64,000 bases of DNA, from positions 1 through 64,000 of the forward strand of contig JBMORE010000163.1 in assembly GCA_049322255.1 (NCBI GenBank), in the 5' to 3' direction. How positions within the stretch are numbered: the stretch's first letter is position 1; each line of letters opens with the position of its first letter. Source of the DNA: Myxococcota bacterium (lineage in GTDB: Bacteria > Myxococcota > Myxococcia > Myxococcales > Myxococcaceae). Shown in pieces: positions 37,685 through 48,586 of the stretch. Under the pieces are notes generated by a model. That model was not told where the DNA came from. It worked only from the letters and a program-made list of their open reading frames with translations, and ran no database searches. Position numbers and translations under genes: made by a program.

Positions 37685-39574
37685 TCAGGTCGTTCGCCGT
37701 TCCGCGGAAGACAAGACCGTGTGAATGGCGGTGGCCAACTGCTGCAGGGTGAATGGCTTGTAAAGAACAGGCTGGGGCTGCGTGAGCAGGAATTGCTGAC
37801 TCGCGCCGTCGACCGCGCCTCCGGTGATGAACACGAAACGAGAGATGAGGTCACTTCGAGCCTGCAGCAGGTCTTCGTACAGCCGCTTGCCCCCACCCGC
37901 GGGCATCATCAGGTCGCACAGGACGGTGTCGGGACGCGGCTCCCGTCGCAGGCGCTCGTGGGCTGACTGCACCCCGTCGGCGAGCTCGACGTCGTAGTCG
38001 TCTTCGAGGCTGCGCGCCAGGGCGGAGCGGAGCTCCAGATCGTCGTCGACCACCAGCAAGCGGCAGCGAGGCGTCGAGGAAAGCTCCGGCGTTGCTCTGG
38101 GTGCCACCGCCCAGGTCGCTTCCGCCGCGGCGAGGTCGATGCGCAAAAGGGTGCCGCGGCCGAGCTCGCTTTGCGCCTCGATGTTGCCACCCATGTCGCG
38201 TACCAGCCCCAGGCAGACCGACAGGCCGAGGCCGCTGCCCTTGCCCACCGGTTTGGTGGTGAAGAAGGGGTCGAACATGTGCCGCTGCACCTCGGGCGTC
38301 ATGCCCGTGCCGTTGTCCTGGACATCGATCCACATCCGGCCGTTCACCGGGCGCGCCGAAACTTGAATCGCCAACGGCCGCTCCGGCGACTCGGCGTGCC
38401 AGGCGTTGGTCAGCAGGTTGGTCAATATCTGATCGAGGAACACCTCGTTGGCGCTCACGAAGAGGGAGGGCTCGATGGTGACCGTCACCGGCAGGGTGAC
38501 GCCGCGGGCTTTGTTGACGCCCTCGATGCTGCGCTGCACCGCCGCCGCGACGTTGGTCGGTGTGTTCTGGTTTTGGGTGATGACGACTGCCCGCGAAGCG
38601 AGGGAAAGCTGACGCACGATGGTCGCGATGCGCTCCACGGCGCTGAGGGACTCGTTCATGCACGCGAGGCAGTCGCTGGGGTCATCACCGTCGTGGACAC
38701 AGTCGACGAGGTAGGTGAGGTTGGCTTTCAGGATGGCGGCAGGGTTGTTGATCTCGTGGGCGACGCCGGCGGCGATCTGCCCAATGGCGGCGAGCTTTTC
38801 GGAGCGGAGGAGCTCTTCTTTGGCCTTGAGCAGCTCGCGGGAGCGCTCCTCGACCTTGCTCTCCAGCGTCTGCGACAGGTCGGCCAGGGCGACGGCGTCT
38901 CTGATGAAGCGCTTGGTGAGCAAGGCGGCACCGACGGCCACGGGGAGCAAGTAGCCGATGTCCAGAAGCAGCGGGGTTTGAAGAACGTTCGCCGTCACCA
39001 GGCTGTCGTTCGTTCCAGCGGCGACCAGCGCCGCCAGGACCAGACAGTATTCGCGCGCTCCCTCCACCCGTCGACGCCAAGCCAGCCCGAAGCGAATGGC
39101 GACCCCAAGGAAGGTTCCCACCAGAAGGGTGAACACCGCATTGCCGAAGTCGGTCGCCTCCGTCATGTGGTAGGTGACATCCACCCATGGTGAGTAGACG
39201 TCGTTGATGCGGCCGGTGAAAAAGAATCCCGGAATGAAGGACAGGGCCGAGGCCAACGGGAGGGTGGCGGCGAACAGCAGGACCCTTCGCCCAATGGGCG
39301 GGCCGCGCAGGACGAGCTGGGCATAGATGACCCAAGCGGCGAGGTTGAAACCGCCGGCGAGGATTTGCCAACGCGCTATCGGGATGAGCACCTGCGGATC
39401 GGCCATTGACGTGAAGGCGAAGTCCCCCGCGGTGTATACGGCGGCGGAGAGGGCGATGGCGGCAAACCACCGCTCGTGCTCCCAACCCGGCGCGCGGGCG
39501 AAGCGGAAGCTCAGCACCGAGACGTAGAGGCACAGGATGCTCGACGCAATCGCTATCGCGGTCGCCAGGTTCAT
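37685..39574 (-). CDS. Hybrid sensor histidine kinase (about 7 TM - HisKA - HATPase - REC)
   Basis: Multi-TM N-terminus, AGVAHEINNP, NLLTNA, DNGTGM, FDPFFTTK and GSGLGL motifs, then a REC domain (VVDDD, CDLMMP, KPF). Confidence 0.92.
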   Translation of the reverse strand: MNLATAIAIASSILCLYVSVLSFRFARAPGWEHERWFAAIALSAAVYTAGDFAFTSMADPQVLIPIARWQILAGGFNLAAWVIYAQLVLRGPPIGRRVLLFAATLPLASALSFIPGFFFTGRINDVYSPWVDVTYHMTEATDFGNAVFTLLVGTFLGVAIRFGLAWRRRVEGAREYCLVLAALVAAGTNDSLVTANVLQTPLLLDIGYLLPVAVGAALLTKRFIRDAVALADLSQTLESKVEERSRELLKAKEELLRSEKLAAIGQIAAGVAHEINNPAAILKANLTYLVDCVHDGDDPSDCLACMNESLSAVERIATIVRQLSLASRAVVITQNQNTPTNVAAAVQRSIEGVNKARGVTLPVTVTIEPSLFVSANEVFLDQILTNLLTNAWHAESPERPLAIQVSARPVNGRMWIDVQDNGTGMTPEVQRHMFDPFFTTKPVGKGSGLGLSVCLGLVRDMGGNIEAQSELGRGTLLRIDLAAAEATWAVAPRATPELSSTPRCRLLVVDDDLELRSALARSLEDDYDVELADGVQSAHERLRREPRPDTVLCDLMMPAGGGKRLYEDLLQARSDLISRFVFITGGAVDGASQQFLLTQPQPVLYKPFTLQQLATAIHTVLSSAERRTT

Positions 39575-39751
39575 GGGCTAACTCGAAGCCAGGCCGCTCC
39601 AGCAACGGGATAGAATGGTGGCACAGTCAACCATGGCATGCACAGTCTGCACCAATAGATAACAGAGCGGAATGCCTGGTGATTCGAAGTTTGGCTCGGA
39701 CGGCCGGTGGGGGTGAGGTTGACCCAGGGTTCTTCTGCTTACCCTTCGCCT

Positions 39752-40273
39752 TCACTCCACCGCTGCCAGCTTTGCCCCCATCTCCACCGCGCTCCCTTCG
39801 ATGGCGGGCAGCTCGACCACCTTGCCCTCCTTGGGACTCTTGAGCTCGTTTTCCATCTTCATCGCTTCCACCACCACCAGGCCCTGCCCTTCCTCCACTG
39901 CCTCACCCAGCTTCACCAGCACCTTCACCACCTTGCCCGGCATGGGAGCGGTCACCTCCTGGCGGCCTTCGAGCGAAAAGGCGGCACCGGCGGCGCGCAG
40001 TCGCAGCTTTCTCTCGTCAGCGACATCGATGCGGGAAAGCTGATTCTTCACCAGCACGCCCACCTCGTCGCCCTTCTCTTCGAACTCCACGTTGTACGAG
40101 GCGCCGTCCACCAACATCGACACCGCCCCGTGGTCGAGGGTGAGGGCGTCGAGCACATGGCGATTGCCTTCCAAGGTGACGGCGAACCGCCCATTGCCCA
40201 GTGGCTCGACGTCCACCGGCACCGGCTGGGCGCGGCCGGCGACCTTGGAGAAATAGCGGGTCACCTTGCCCAT
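39752..40273 (-). CDS. Biotin carboxyl carrier subunit of acyl-CoA carboxylase
   Basis: APMPGKVVK and EAMKMENEL biotinylation motif. The start could instead be GTG 40264. Confidence 0.92.
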   Translation of the reverse strand: MGKVTRYFSKVAGRAQPVPVDVEPLGNGRFAVTLEGNRHVLDALTLDHGAVSMLVDGASYNVEFEEKGDEVGVLVKNQLSRIDVADERKLRLRAAGAAFSLEGRQEVTAPMPGKVVKVLVKLGEAVEEGQGLVVVEAMKMENELKSPKEGKVVELPAIEGSAVEMGAKLAAVE

Positions 40274-41766
40274 CGGCGTCCTCCCCGGCGCCACGAAGAG
40301 CCGGAGCCTGCCGCGGGCGTGAGAGGAAGGCTCTTCTGCTTGCGCTCTTTTTCTTGGTGCGCCCACACCGCGGAGGCAAGCAGCGCCACCTCGGTGAGCT
40401 GGGGGTCTTCCTTGCCCAAAAGCGCCTCATGCGCGCGGGCGAGGAAACCGGTGTCGTAGTCCCCGCCGATGAATTCCGGATGCTCGAACAGGGCGCGCAG
40501 ATAGCGCACGTTGGTGGTGATTCCTTTGACGACGTACTCGGAGAGGGCGCGTCGCATGCGCAAGATGGCTTCCATCCGTGTGGGCGCCCATACCGAGAGC
40601 TTGGAGATCATCGGGTCGTAATGGCTGGGCACGGTGTAGCCGGCGAACACCCCCGAGTCGTCGCGCACGTAGGGGCCGCCGGGCACACGCAGGTAGGAAA
40701 TCTTCCCCGGAGAAGGCAGGAAGTTGCGCGAAGGGTCCTCGGCGTAGATGCGCGCTTCGATGGAGTGCCCCCGCGGCGCCAAGGGAGCGGCAAAGGGCAG
40801 CTTCTCTCCTTCGGCCACCTCGAGCTGCCAGGCCACCAGGTCCACCCCGGTGACCCACTCGGTGACCGGGTGCTCCACCTGGAGCCGGGTGTTCATCTCC
40901 AAGAAGTAGAAGCGGCGCGAGGCGTCGACGAGGAACTCCACGGTGCCGGCGCCCACGTAACCCACCGCCTTGGCCGCCTTCACCGCCACCTCGCCCATCT
41001 GCTCGCGCAGCGCGGAGGTGAGAATGGGAGAGGGCGTCTCCTCCACCACCTTCTGGTGGCGGCGCTGCGCCGAGCACTCGCGCTCGTTCAAGTGAATGCA
41101 GGTGCCGTGGACGTCGGCGAAGACCTGCACCTCCACGTGGTGGGGACGGTCGAGGTACTTCTCCAAGTACACCGCGTCGTTGCCGAAGGCGCTCGCCGCT
41201 TCTCCCTGGGCGGCACGGAAGGCCGAGGCGAAGGCCTTCACCTCGTCCACCCGGCGCATCCCCTTGCCGCCTCCTCCGCCCGCCGCCTTGAGCATCACCG
41301 GAAAGCCCAGCTTCTCGGCGAAGGCGCGCGCCTCGTCGACGGAAAGGAAGGGCTCGGTCGAGCCGGGCACCACCGGCACCCCCGCCTGGAGCATGTGCTT
41401 GCGGGCGCGGGTCTTCTCTCCCATCGCCTCCATCGCTGTCGCTGGGGGACCGATGAAGGTGAGGCCCGCCTGGTCGCACGCGCGGACGAAGGAAGCGTTC
41501 TCGGAGAGAAAGCCGTAGCCGGGGTGCACCGCGTCGGCCCCGGTCTTCTTCGCCGCCTCGAGGATGGCTTGCTGGTTCAGGTAGCTCTCCCGGGAGGGAG
41601 GCGGGCCCACGCACACTGCCTGGTCCGCCGTGCGCACGTGCAAGGCGGCGCGATCGGCCTCGGAGAACACCGCCACCGTGGCAATGCCCAGCTCCTTGCA
41701 GGTGCGCATCACCCGAATGGCAATCTCGCCGCGGTTGGCGACGAGCACTTTACGAATCTTGGGCAT
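40261..41766 (-). CDS. accC: Biotin carboxylase subunit (acetyl/propionyl-CoA carboxylase)
   Basis: ANRGEIA, HPGYGFLSEN, GGGGKGMR, ERECSAQRRHQK and EMNTRLQVEH motifs. Confidence 0.93.
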   Translation of the reverse strand: MPKIRKVLVANRGEIAIRVMRTCKELGIATVAVFSEADRAALHVRTADQAVCVGPPPSRESYLNQQAILEAAKKTGADAVHPGYGFLSENASFVRACDQAGLTFIGPPATAMEAMGEKTRARKHMLQAGVPVVPGSTEPFLSVDEARAFAEKLGFPVMLKAAGGGGGKGMRRVDEVKAFASAFRAAQGEAASAFGNDAVYLEKYLDRPHHVEVQVFADVHGTCIHLNERECSAQRRHQKVVEETPSPILTSALREQMGEVAVKAAKAVGYVGAGTVEFLVDASRRFYFLEMNTRLQVEHPVTEWVTGVDLVAWQLEVAEGEKLPFAAPLAPRGHSIEARIYAEDPSRNFLPSPGKISYLRVPGGPYVRDDSGVFAGYTVPSHYDPMISKLSVWAPTRMEAILRMRRALSEYVVKGITTNVRYLRALFEHPEFIGGDYDTGFLARAHEALLGKEDPQLTEVALLASAVWAHQEKERKQKSLPLTPAAGSGSSWRRGGRRWAR

Positions 41767-41775
41767 GTCCCCTTC

Positions 41776-43338
<1,563 letters not shown>

Positions 43339-43415
43339 GCGGCGCTTCTATAGCCTTCGCGCCCTCTCCTGCGAACGGCTTTCCTCTTGGGCTTGGGTCC
43401 ATCTATACGGCGCTC

Positions 43416-44288
43416 ATGCGTGTCGTTTTGCTCATGGTCCTCTTTCGCGCCTTGCCTGTGTTCGCCAAACCGCCGATGCCGCTGCGGGTGGGCATCACCA
43501 CCTCGGTCAATGACTCGCGGGTGACGGTGCAGGCGGAGGCTTTCGCCGAGTGGGTGAAACAAGCCACCGGGCGTGAGACGCGCGCCGAGGTCTTCCCCGA
43601 CTACGACGGCTTGGCCAACGCTCTGGCCGACGGCAAGCTCGACGTGGCGCTGATGGGCCCGCTCACCTTCCTGCGCGCCGAGGCGAACGGAAAAGTCGAG
43701 CCGCTCGCCCGTGCGGTGCGCGCCGGCTACGCCAGCTACCGCGCGGTGCTCTTCGCCAAGGGCGACACCCCACTCCAAGACCTCGCCGCCATCGCCCGGG
43801 CGAAGAACCTGAAAGTGGGGTGGGTCGACTCCTCCTCTGCCTCGGGCCACGTCTTTCCCAAGCACCTTTTGCTCACCCAGAAGATCGACCCCGCGCAGGT
43901 GTTCGTGACGCAGGACTTTGCCGGCAGCCACGTGGCGGTGTGCAAGGGCGTTCTTCAGGGCAAGTGGGACGTGGGAGCTACCTTCACCGACGCCCCCTCT
44001 TCAGTGGCCAAGCCAACCATCACCGGCTGTGTCGAAGGGCTGGGCAAGCGGGCAGCCACCCTGCACATCATCGCCACCACCCAAGACATTCCCTCCGATG
44101 CGCTGGTGGTGCGCGCCGACCTCGAGCCTGCGCTCAAGAAGAAGCTGCGACAGACCGCGCTTTCGCTCGCCAGCACCGACGCGGGGAAGCAGGTGCTCTC
44201 CAACGCTTTTTTCGCCGAAAGCTTCGCCGCCGTCAGCGTGGCCGACTACGAGCCGGTGCGCGGCGCGCTCGACATCTTCAAGAAGTGA
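43416..44288 (+). CDS. PhnD/phosphonate-type substrate-binding protein (orphan)
   Basis: Signal peptide, DY..L..AL..GKLDVA, DSSSASGHVFP, GSHVAV and IPSDALVVR motifs. No ABC permease nearby. Confidence 0.82.
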   Translation: MRVVLLMVLFRALPVFAKPPMPLRVGITTSVNDSRVTVQAEAFAEWVKQATGRETRAEVFPDYDGLANALADGKLDVALMGPLTFLRAEANGKVEPLARAVRAGYASYRAVLFAKGDTPLQDLAAIARAKNLKVGWVDSSSASGHVFPKHLLLTQKIDPAQVFVTQDFAGSHVAVCKGVLQGKWDVGATFTDAPSSVAKPTITGCVEGLGKRAATLHIIATTQDIPSDALVVRADLEPALKKKLRQTALSLASTDAGKQVLSNAFFAESFAAVSVADYEPVRGALDIFKK

Positions 44289-44337
44289 AATAGAACACCG
44301 AGCGCTTGGGGGGCTGATGTTGCTCAAGAACGGTGGC

Positions 44338-44664
44338 ATGATGGCGCTCGTGTTCCTGCGCGTGCTGAGCTGTTTGTCAGTGCTTCTGGTCGCCCAAGCG
44401 AACGGCGTTGGGTCGTCGCTCGCCGCCTCGAAGGAGCCCTGTGAAGGGTGTTGCCCTTGCCCCGGAGACGACGAGCAGGGCCAGTGTGCGCCTTTGTGCC
44501 AAGACTGCGTGTGCTGTCCGCACGCCAGACCAGTGGTGCTCGCTCCGATGGAGTCCCGAACGCCAGAGGGCGAGCCAAGCTCGCTCAAGACCGAGGCGCC
44601 GGTGGCGTACCTCCCCTCGCCGTTCGTGGAAGAGATTTCCCACGTCCCCAAGCGCTCGGCGTAG
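44338..44664 (+). CDS. Small Cys-rich exported protein, CzcI/DUF2946/DUF6660-like putative leader peptide
   Basis: Hydrophobic N-terminus, CEGCCPC...CAPLCQDCVCCPH, and C-terminal EEISHVPK. Alternative start at 44317. Confidence 0.65.
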   Translation: MMALVFLRVLSCLSVLLVAQANGVGSSLAASKEPCEGCCPCPGDDEQGQCAPLCQDCVCCPHARPVVLAPMESRTPEGEPSSLKTEAPVAYLPSPFVEEISHVPKRSA

Positions 44665-44706
44665 CTGAGGGCCGGTTTCTTTCTTCCCTTCTCAAGGAGT
44701 CCGCTC

Positions 44707-45390
44707 TTGAACTGCACCTTTCCGGTGGGCCGGAGGCCCACGTCTTTCGACTTCCGTTCTGCTGTTGTGCCTGGCGCGTTGGTGCTCGTTTTCACCGCCT
44801 GCGCCACGGCTTCGAGCCCGGCCCAGCACGGCCGCCTCAGCGAGCTCTCCCGCGTCGAGGGTTCCATCGTGCTCTGCGAACACCGTGTCCCAGAGGGCGT
44901 CTGTACCCGCCATCACCCGGAGCTGGCGGCCCAGTTCCAGCGGGCGGGCGACTGGTGCCGCGAACATGGGATTCCCGAGTCGCAGTGCCTGGAATGCCAC
45001 CCAGACCTCACCTTCGAGCCGCTCCCCAAGCTTCCGGCGACGGCGGACGTGGTGTGGCTTGCACAGCAAGGCGAAGAGGTGGCCGACCTCGACGCCCACG
45101 CTGTCCAGGGCAAGGTGACTGTTTTCGACTTCTACGCCGACTGGTGTGCGGCATGCCGCAAGGTGGACGGGCACGTCTTCCAGCGGCTCGCCGGCGGCGA
45201 CACCACCATCGCCTACCGAAAAATCAACATCGTCTCTTGGGAGAGCCCGGTCGCCCAGCGGTACCTGCGGGAGGTGCCGTCGCTGCCGTTGCTGGTGGTC
45301 TACGGGCGCGACGGAAAAAAGGTGAAGGCTCTGCACGGCGCCGACTTGGAGGCGCTGGACCGTGCCATCGCCGAAGGAGCCTCGCGATGA
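44707..45390 (+). CDS. Lipoprotein with duplicated CxEH..PE..C metal-binding module fused to a thioredoxin domain
   Basis: AAGGAG precedes the TTG start. Lipobox FTAC, then CEHRVPEGVCTRHHP and WCREHGIPESQCLECHP, then DFYADWCAAC and SLP. Confidence 0.8.
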   Translation: MNCTFPVGRRPTSFDFRSAVVPGALVLVFTACATASSPAQHGRLSELSRVEGSIVLCEHRVPEGVCTRHHPELAAQFQRAGDWCREHGIPESQCLECHPDLTFEPLPKLPATADVVWLAQQGEEVADLDAHAVQGKVTVFDFYADWCAACRKVDGHVFQRLAGGDTTIAYRKINIVSWESPVAQRYLREVPSLPLLVVYGRDGKKVKALHGADLEALDRAIAEGASR

Positions 45391-46427
45391 AATGGGCTCC
45401 GTGGTTTCTCGGGGCTGGGCTGGTGCTCCTTTTGCTCCTGCCTTCGTCCGCTGAGGCCTGCGCTGGGTGCAGCAACCCCAACCTGCCGGCGGGCCGGAGC
45501 AGCCACGCCGAGCTGGGCGCCGGCCGCGTCACCGCGACTTTTTTTGTGACCGGCACGTACATGAACGTCGTCCACAGCGACTTCTGTCCGGACATCGGCC
45601 CCATTTGTCAGCAACGTGACGAGCCTGGACAGCTCCACGACCAGACCTTCTACATTGGCGAGCTACGACCCATCCTGGACGTCGGCCTCACCGAGACATT
45701 TGGAGTGGAGGCCCAAATTCCCTTTCGCATCACCCGCACCACCATCGTCTTTCGGCGGCTGGATGGAGCGGCCTTCGTTCCCGACTACGAGCACATCCAC
45801 CACCGCACCGAGACGCTGGCGGGCCCGGCGGATCCGTGGCTCTTGGCACGCGGGATATGGAGGCTCGGCTCCTGGAGCCTGACGGCCAGGTCGGGGTTGT
45901 CGCTGCCCCTGGGCAGGACCGAGCCCAACCCTTTCGCCCTGGGACGGGCGGGGCAACCTCACCAGCACATTCAGTTCGGCAACGGCACCGTCAACCCGGT
46001 GCTCGGTCTCGACGTGGCCAGGCAATGGGAGCGCGTTCGCCTGAGCGCCTATGGCCAAACGGTGCTCTTCTTCTACCAAAACCACTACGGGTACCAGGCG
46101 GGAAACCGCTACCTGGGAGGCGTGGCCGCGGAGGCCTCCCTCCTTCCCAAGCTGCGAGTGACCGTGGGGGCGGACCTGCTCAACGAGCAACCCGAACGCT
46201 GGGATGGAGCGGTGCAGCAGGATGGCAACGTCGGCCGCACCGACCTCTTGCTGGGAGGAATGGTGGGTTACGCCTTCGACCCGGTGACGGCGCTGCTCTC
46301 GGTGAAGGCTCCGGTGTGGCAGCAGTTCATCCGGGTGGGGGAGCAGCATGACGCCGACCCCGGGCAACTCACTTACCCGGCCATCGTCCACCTCGCCGTC
46401 CAGCGCACCTGGGATGAGCTCTTCTAG
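45387..46427 (+). CDS. Putative outer-membrane beta-barrel transporter with N-terminal CxxC and His motifs
   Basis: ATGA-coupled. Signal peptide ends AEA-CAGC. Contains HIHHRTETLAGPADP, GLSLPLG, HQHIQFGNGT and alternating beta-strands, and ends in F. Confidence 0.7.
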   Translation: MKWAPWFLGAGLVLLLLLPSSAEACAGCSNPNLPAGRSSHAELGAGRVTATFFVTGTYMNVVHSDFCPDIGPICQQRDEPGQLHDQTFYIGELRPILDVGLTETFGVEAQIPFRITRTTIVFRRLDGAAFVPDYEHIHHRTETLAGPADPWLLARGIWRLGSWSLTARSGLSLPLGRTEPNPFALGRAGQPHQHIQFGNGTVNPVLGLDVARQWERVRLSAYGQTVLFFYQNHYGYQAGNRYLGGVAAEASLLPKLRVTVGADLLNEQPERWDGAVQQDGNVGRTDLLLGGMVGYAFDPVTALLSVKAPVWQQFIRVGEQHDADPGQLTYPAIVHLAVQRTWDELF

Positions 46428-46486
46428 GAAATGAAGTCCAGCTTCATCCTAAGGCAGGTCCTATACTCGGCCCAGGGAGACAGGCG

Positions 46487-47752
46487 ATGAGCGTTATCGG
46501 TAGGTATGGAAACCGAAGCCAGGTTGCCGCACTGCTTCGTGGGGTGGATGACGCGTTGGGCAACAAGGATGGACTTCCTCGCAATGAGGCCGCGCGGGCT
46601 GGAACGGTGAAGGGCTCTGCCTTCGACCGCAATCCGCTGGCCAACAAGCTTCGTTCCGCGCTCGAGCCAGGCTGGTCCACCGCCGACGAGGAGCAGCGGC
46701 TCGATGGGTTCATCTCCGCTCAAGAGAAAATCTGGGGCCGACCTGTCACCGATTTGGCGAGCGGTTCGGTGAGCCAGTTCGATCGGCTGCGCGCGGAAAA
46801 AGCGGTGGCGCTGGTCCGCTTCGGACGAACGCCCGCAGACGTCAGCGAGGGACTCATCGAGGCCAAGGGCAAGGTCGACGGCCAGCCCATCGAGGCGAGG
46901 CAGGTGTTTTGGCAACGCTGGAAACCCATCGGGCCATTCTCGGGCAAGGTGGTGGTGCTCTCGCCGGGCTTCCTCCAGACCGGGCGAAATTTCTACGAGC
47001 AGATTCAGTTGCTGAACCGCGCGGGCCACGAGGTGGTGGTGATGGACCACCAGTGGGCCGGGCACGGCTCCGGCAAGAAGGGCGGAATCGACCGTGGCTT
47101 TGGCATCGCCCGCGACGTGGCCGCGGTGACCGCGTTCGCCCAGCAAGTGGCTGACCGCGAGCACGCCGAGAAGCCGCACGAGCTCGTCCTCCTGGGAACC
47201 AGCATGGGAGGCGGTGCCGGCGCGCTGGGCGCCATCGCGCTGAATGATGCCGGCAAAATCGAGCTCGAGGGCTCTCAGATGCCCAAGGGCCTCTCCGCGG
47301 TTCTTCAGGCGCCGTATTTCAGCCGAACGCGCAACCTGGTGAACGACGTGCTCGCAGGCGTCGGACGACTACCGGTGGCCAAAGACATCCCCCTCCCAGC
47401 GATGGGACTGCCCATTCTGACCGGCGACCAAACCACCGCGGCCAAGCTTGCAGAGCACGCGGTCATCGATGACATCACCGGCCGCGCTCAGGCTTTTCAT
47501 GCCTCCGACGCCGACCTCGCTTCCATCCGCGCCCTGCTGGAGCAAGGAAAGAAGCCACAAGGCCGCTTCTTTTTCATTCATGCGGAGAACGACACACTGG
47601 CAGATGTCGAGTCTTCGCGTGCTGTCGCCGGCCTTTTCAACGAACGCGCCCATTTCCGAACGTTGCCCAGCGCGAACCACGTGTTCGAGGAAACCGCTCG
47701 CGAGCAGGAGCTGGTCCTCGAAGGAATCGAGTGGGCCACTCGACGAAATTAG
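46487..47752 (+). CDS. Alpha/beta hydrolase (lysophospholipase/monoglyceride lipase-like) with N-terminal extension
   Basis: SPGF, MDHQWAGHGS, GTSMGG nucleophile elbow, HAENDTL and NHV motifs. Confidence 0.82.
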   Translation: MSVIGRYGNRSQVAALLRGVDDALGNKDGLPRNEAARAGTVKGSAFDRNPLANKLRSALEPGWSTADEEQRLDGFISAQEKIWGRPVTDLASGSVSQFDRLRAEKAVALVRFGRTPADVSEGLIEAKGKVDGQPIEARQVFWQRWKPIGPFSGKVVVLSPGFLQTGRNFYEQIQLLNRAGHEVVVMDHQWAGHGSGKKGGIDRGFGIARDVAAVTAFAQQVADREHAEKPHELVLLGTSMGGGAGALGAIALNDAGKIELEGSQMPKGLSAVLQAPYFSRTRNLVNDVLAGVGRLPVAKDIPLPAMGLPILTGDQTTAAKLAEHAVIDDITGRAQAFHASDADLASIRALLEQGKKPQGRFFFIHAENDTLADVESSRAVAGLFNERAHFRTLPSANHVFEETAREQELVLEGIEWATRRN

Positions 47753-47757
47753 GCGCA

Positions 47758-48171
47758 TCAGGCTGGCTTAAGCCAGCCCTCCTTGGAGAGGAGCTCCCGG
47801 GTCTCTTCGATAAAAGTCCGCGCGTCTGCGACCTCACCGCTGGCGTCCTCAGGGGAGAAGGTCACTGCCGCATCATAATCCGCCAGCTCGCGCGCCCTCT
47901 GGAGACCAGCCAAGAGCCGGTTATGAGAAGAGGGAACGAGCTTGGGCCGAACAAACTCCGTGTTGAACAGATGAATGGCGCCGGCGTGGGAGCGTGGCTC
48001 AACGCCTCGAGATACCAGGAGCGCACGTAAGAAATGGAAAGCAGCGTAGTAGGCGCGCGACACCGCATCGGAGCAGAGCCCCATGCCCAACAGGGCTTCG
48101 GCCGCTCGAAAGGACTGCTCGCCGCGGACCACTGCATCTTGGATGTTCTGGCGGCGGTTGACCTCTGTCAC
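47758..48171 (-). CDS. HEPN-domain protein (RX4Y-type)
   Basis: AVSRAYYAAFH, SHAGAI and RELADY motifs. Confidence 0.88.
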   Translation of the reverse strand: MTEVNRRQNIQDAVVRGEQSFRAAEALLGMGLCSDAVSRAYYAAFHFLRALLVSRGVEPRSHAGAIHLFNTEFVRPKLVPSSHNRLLAGLQRARELADYDAAVTFSPEDASGEVADARTFIEETRELLSKEGWLKPA

Positions 48172-48497
48172 AGTGGCACCCCCTCCCTGTCAATTTCCTG
48201 CGCGATGAGCCTCTCTCGGCTCCGCAGGTCGTCCATGTGCTTCGTGCTCACGGCAAAAGGAGATACGAGCACGTCGTAGCGGGTGAGCAAGTCGCCTGCA
48301 AAATAGGCGACTTTGCGCGCCTCGTTCCCGACGAGGTCGTCGACGACCACCAGGACATCGATGTCTGAATCTTCGTCGCCCTGCCCACGAGCCCGGGAGC
48401 CAAAGAGACGCAGCTCCCGGAGCCTGGAGCCAAAGACGAGCTTCAGATGCTTCTTGAGCTCTGCTAGGGCCGCGCTTTCGGATTCCAGAAGCTGCAT
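48168..48497 (-). CDS. MNT nucleotidyltransferase
   Basis: GSRARGQGDEDSDID (GS-X10-DXD) and C-terminal IDREGVPL. GTGA-coupled to the HEPN gene. Confidence 0.9.
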   Translation of the reverse strand: MQLLESESAALAELKKHLKLVFGSRLRELRLFGSRARGQGDEDSDIDVLVVVDDLVGNEARKVAYFAGDLLTRYDVLVSPFAVSTKHMDDLRSRERLIAQEIDREGVPL

Positions 48498-48586
48498 ACG
48501 TGCTTTGGTAGCAGAACCCCTCGAACAGGCCCAAGTAATTCTCGGTAGAGCACCTCACCCTTGGAGCTCGAAGGGGACGAGCTCTT

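Noticed and set aside
39619..39650. TGGCAC/TGGCAT sequences upstream of the 7TM kinase as a sigma54 promoter
   Set aside because: No GC at the required 10-nt spacing and wrong orientation for the kinase. The GCACAGTC direct repeat is too short to call.
44448..45386. N-terminal extension of the 659-aa ORF 44448-46427
   Set aside because: It overlaps two better-supported genes. The real start is the ATGA-coupled ATG at 45387, which has a signal peptide.
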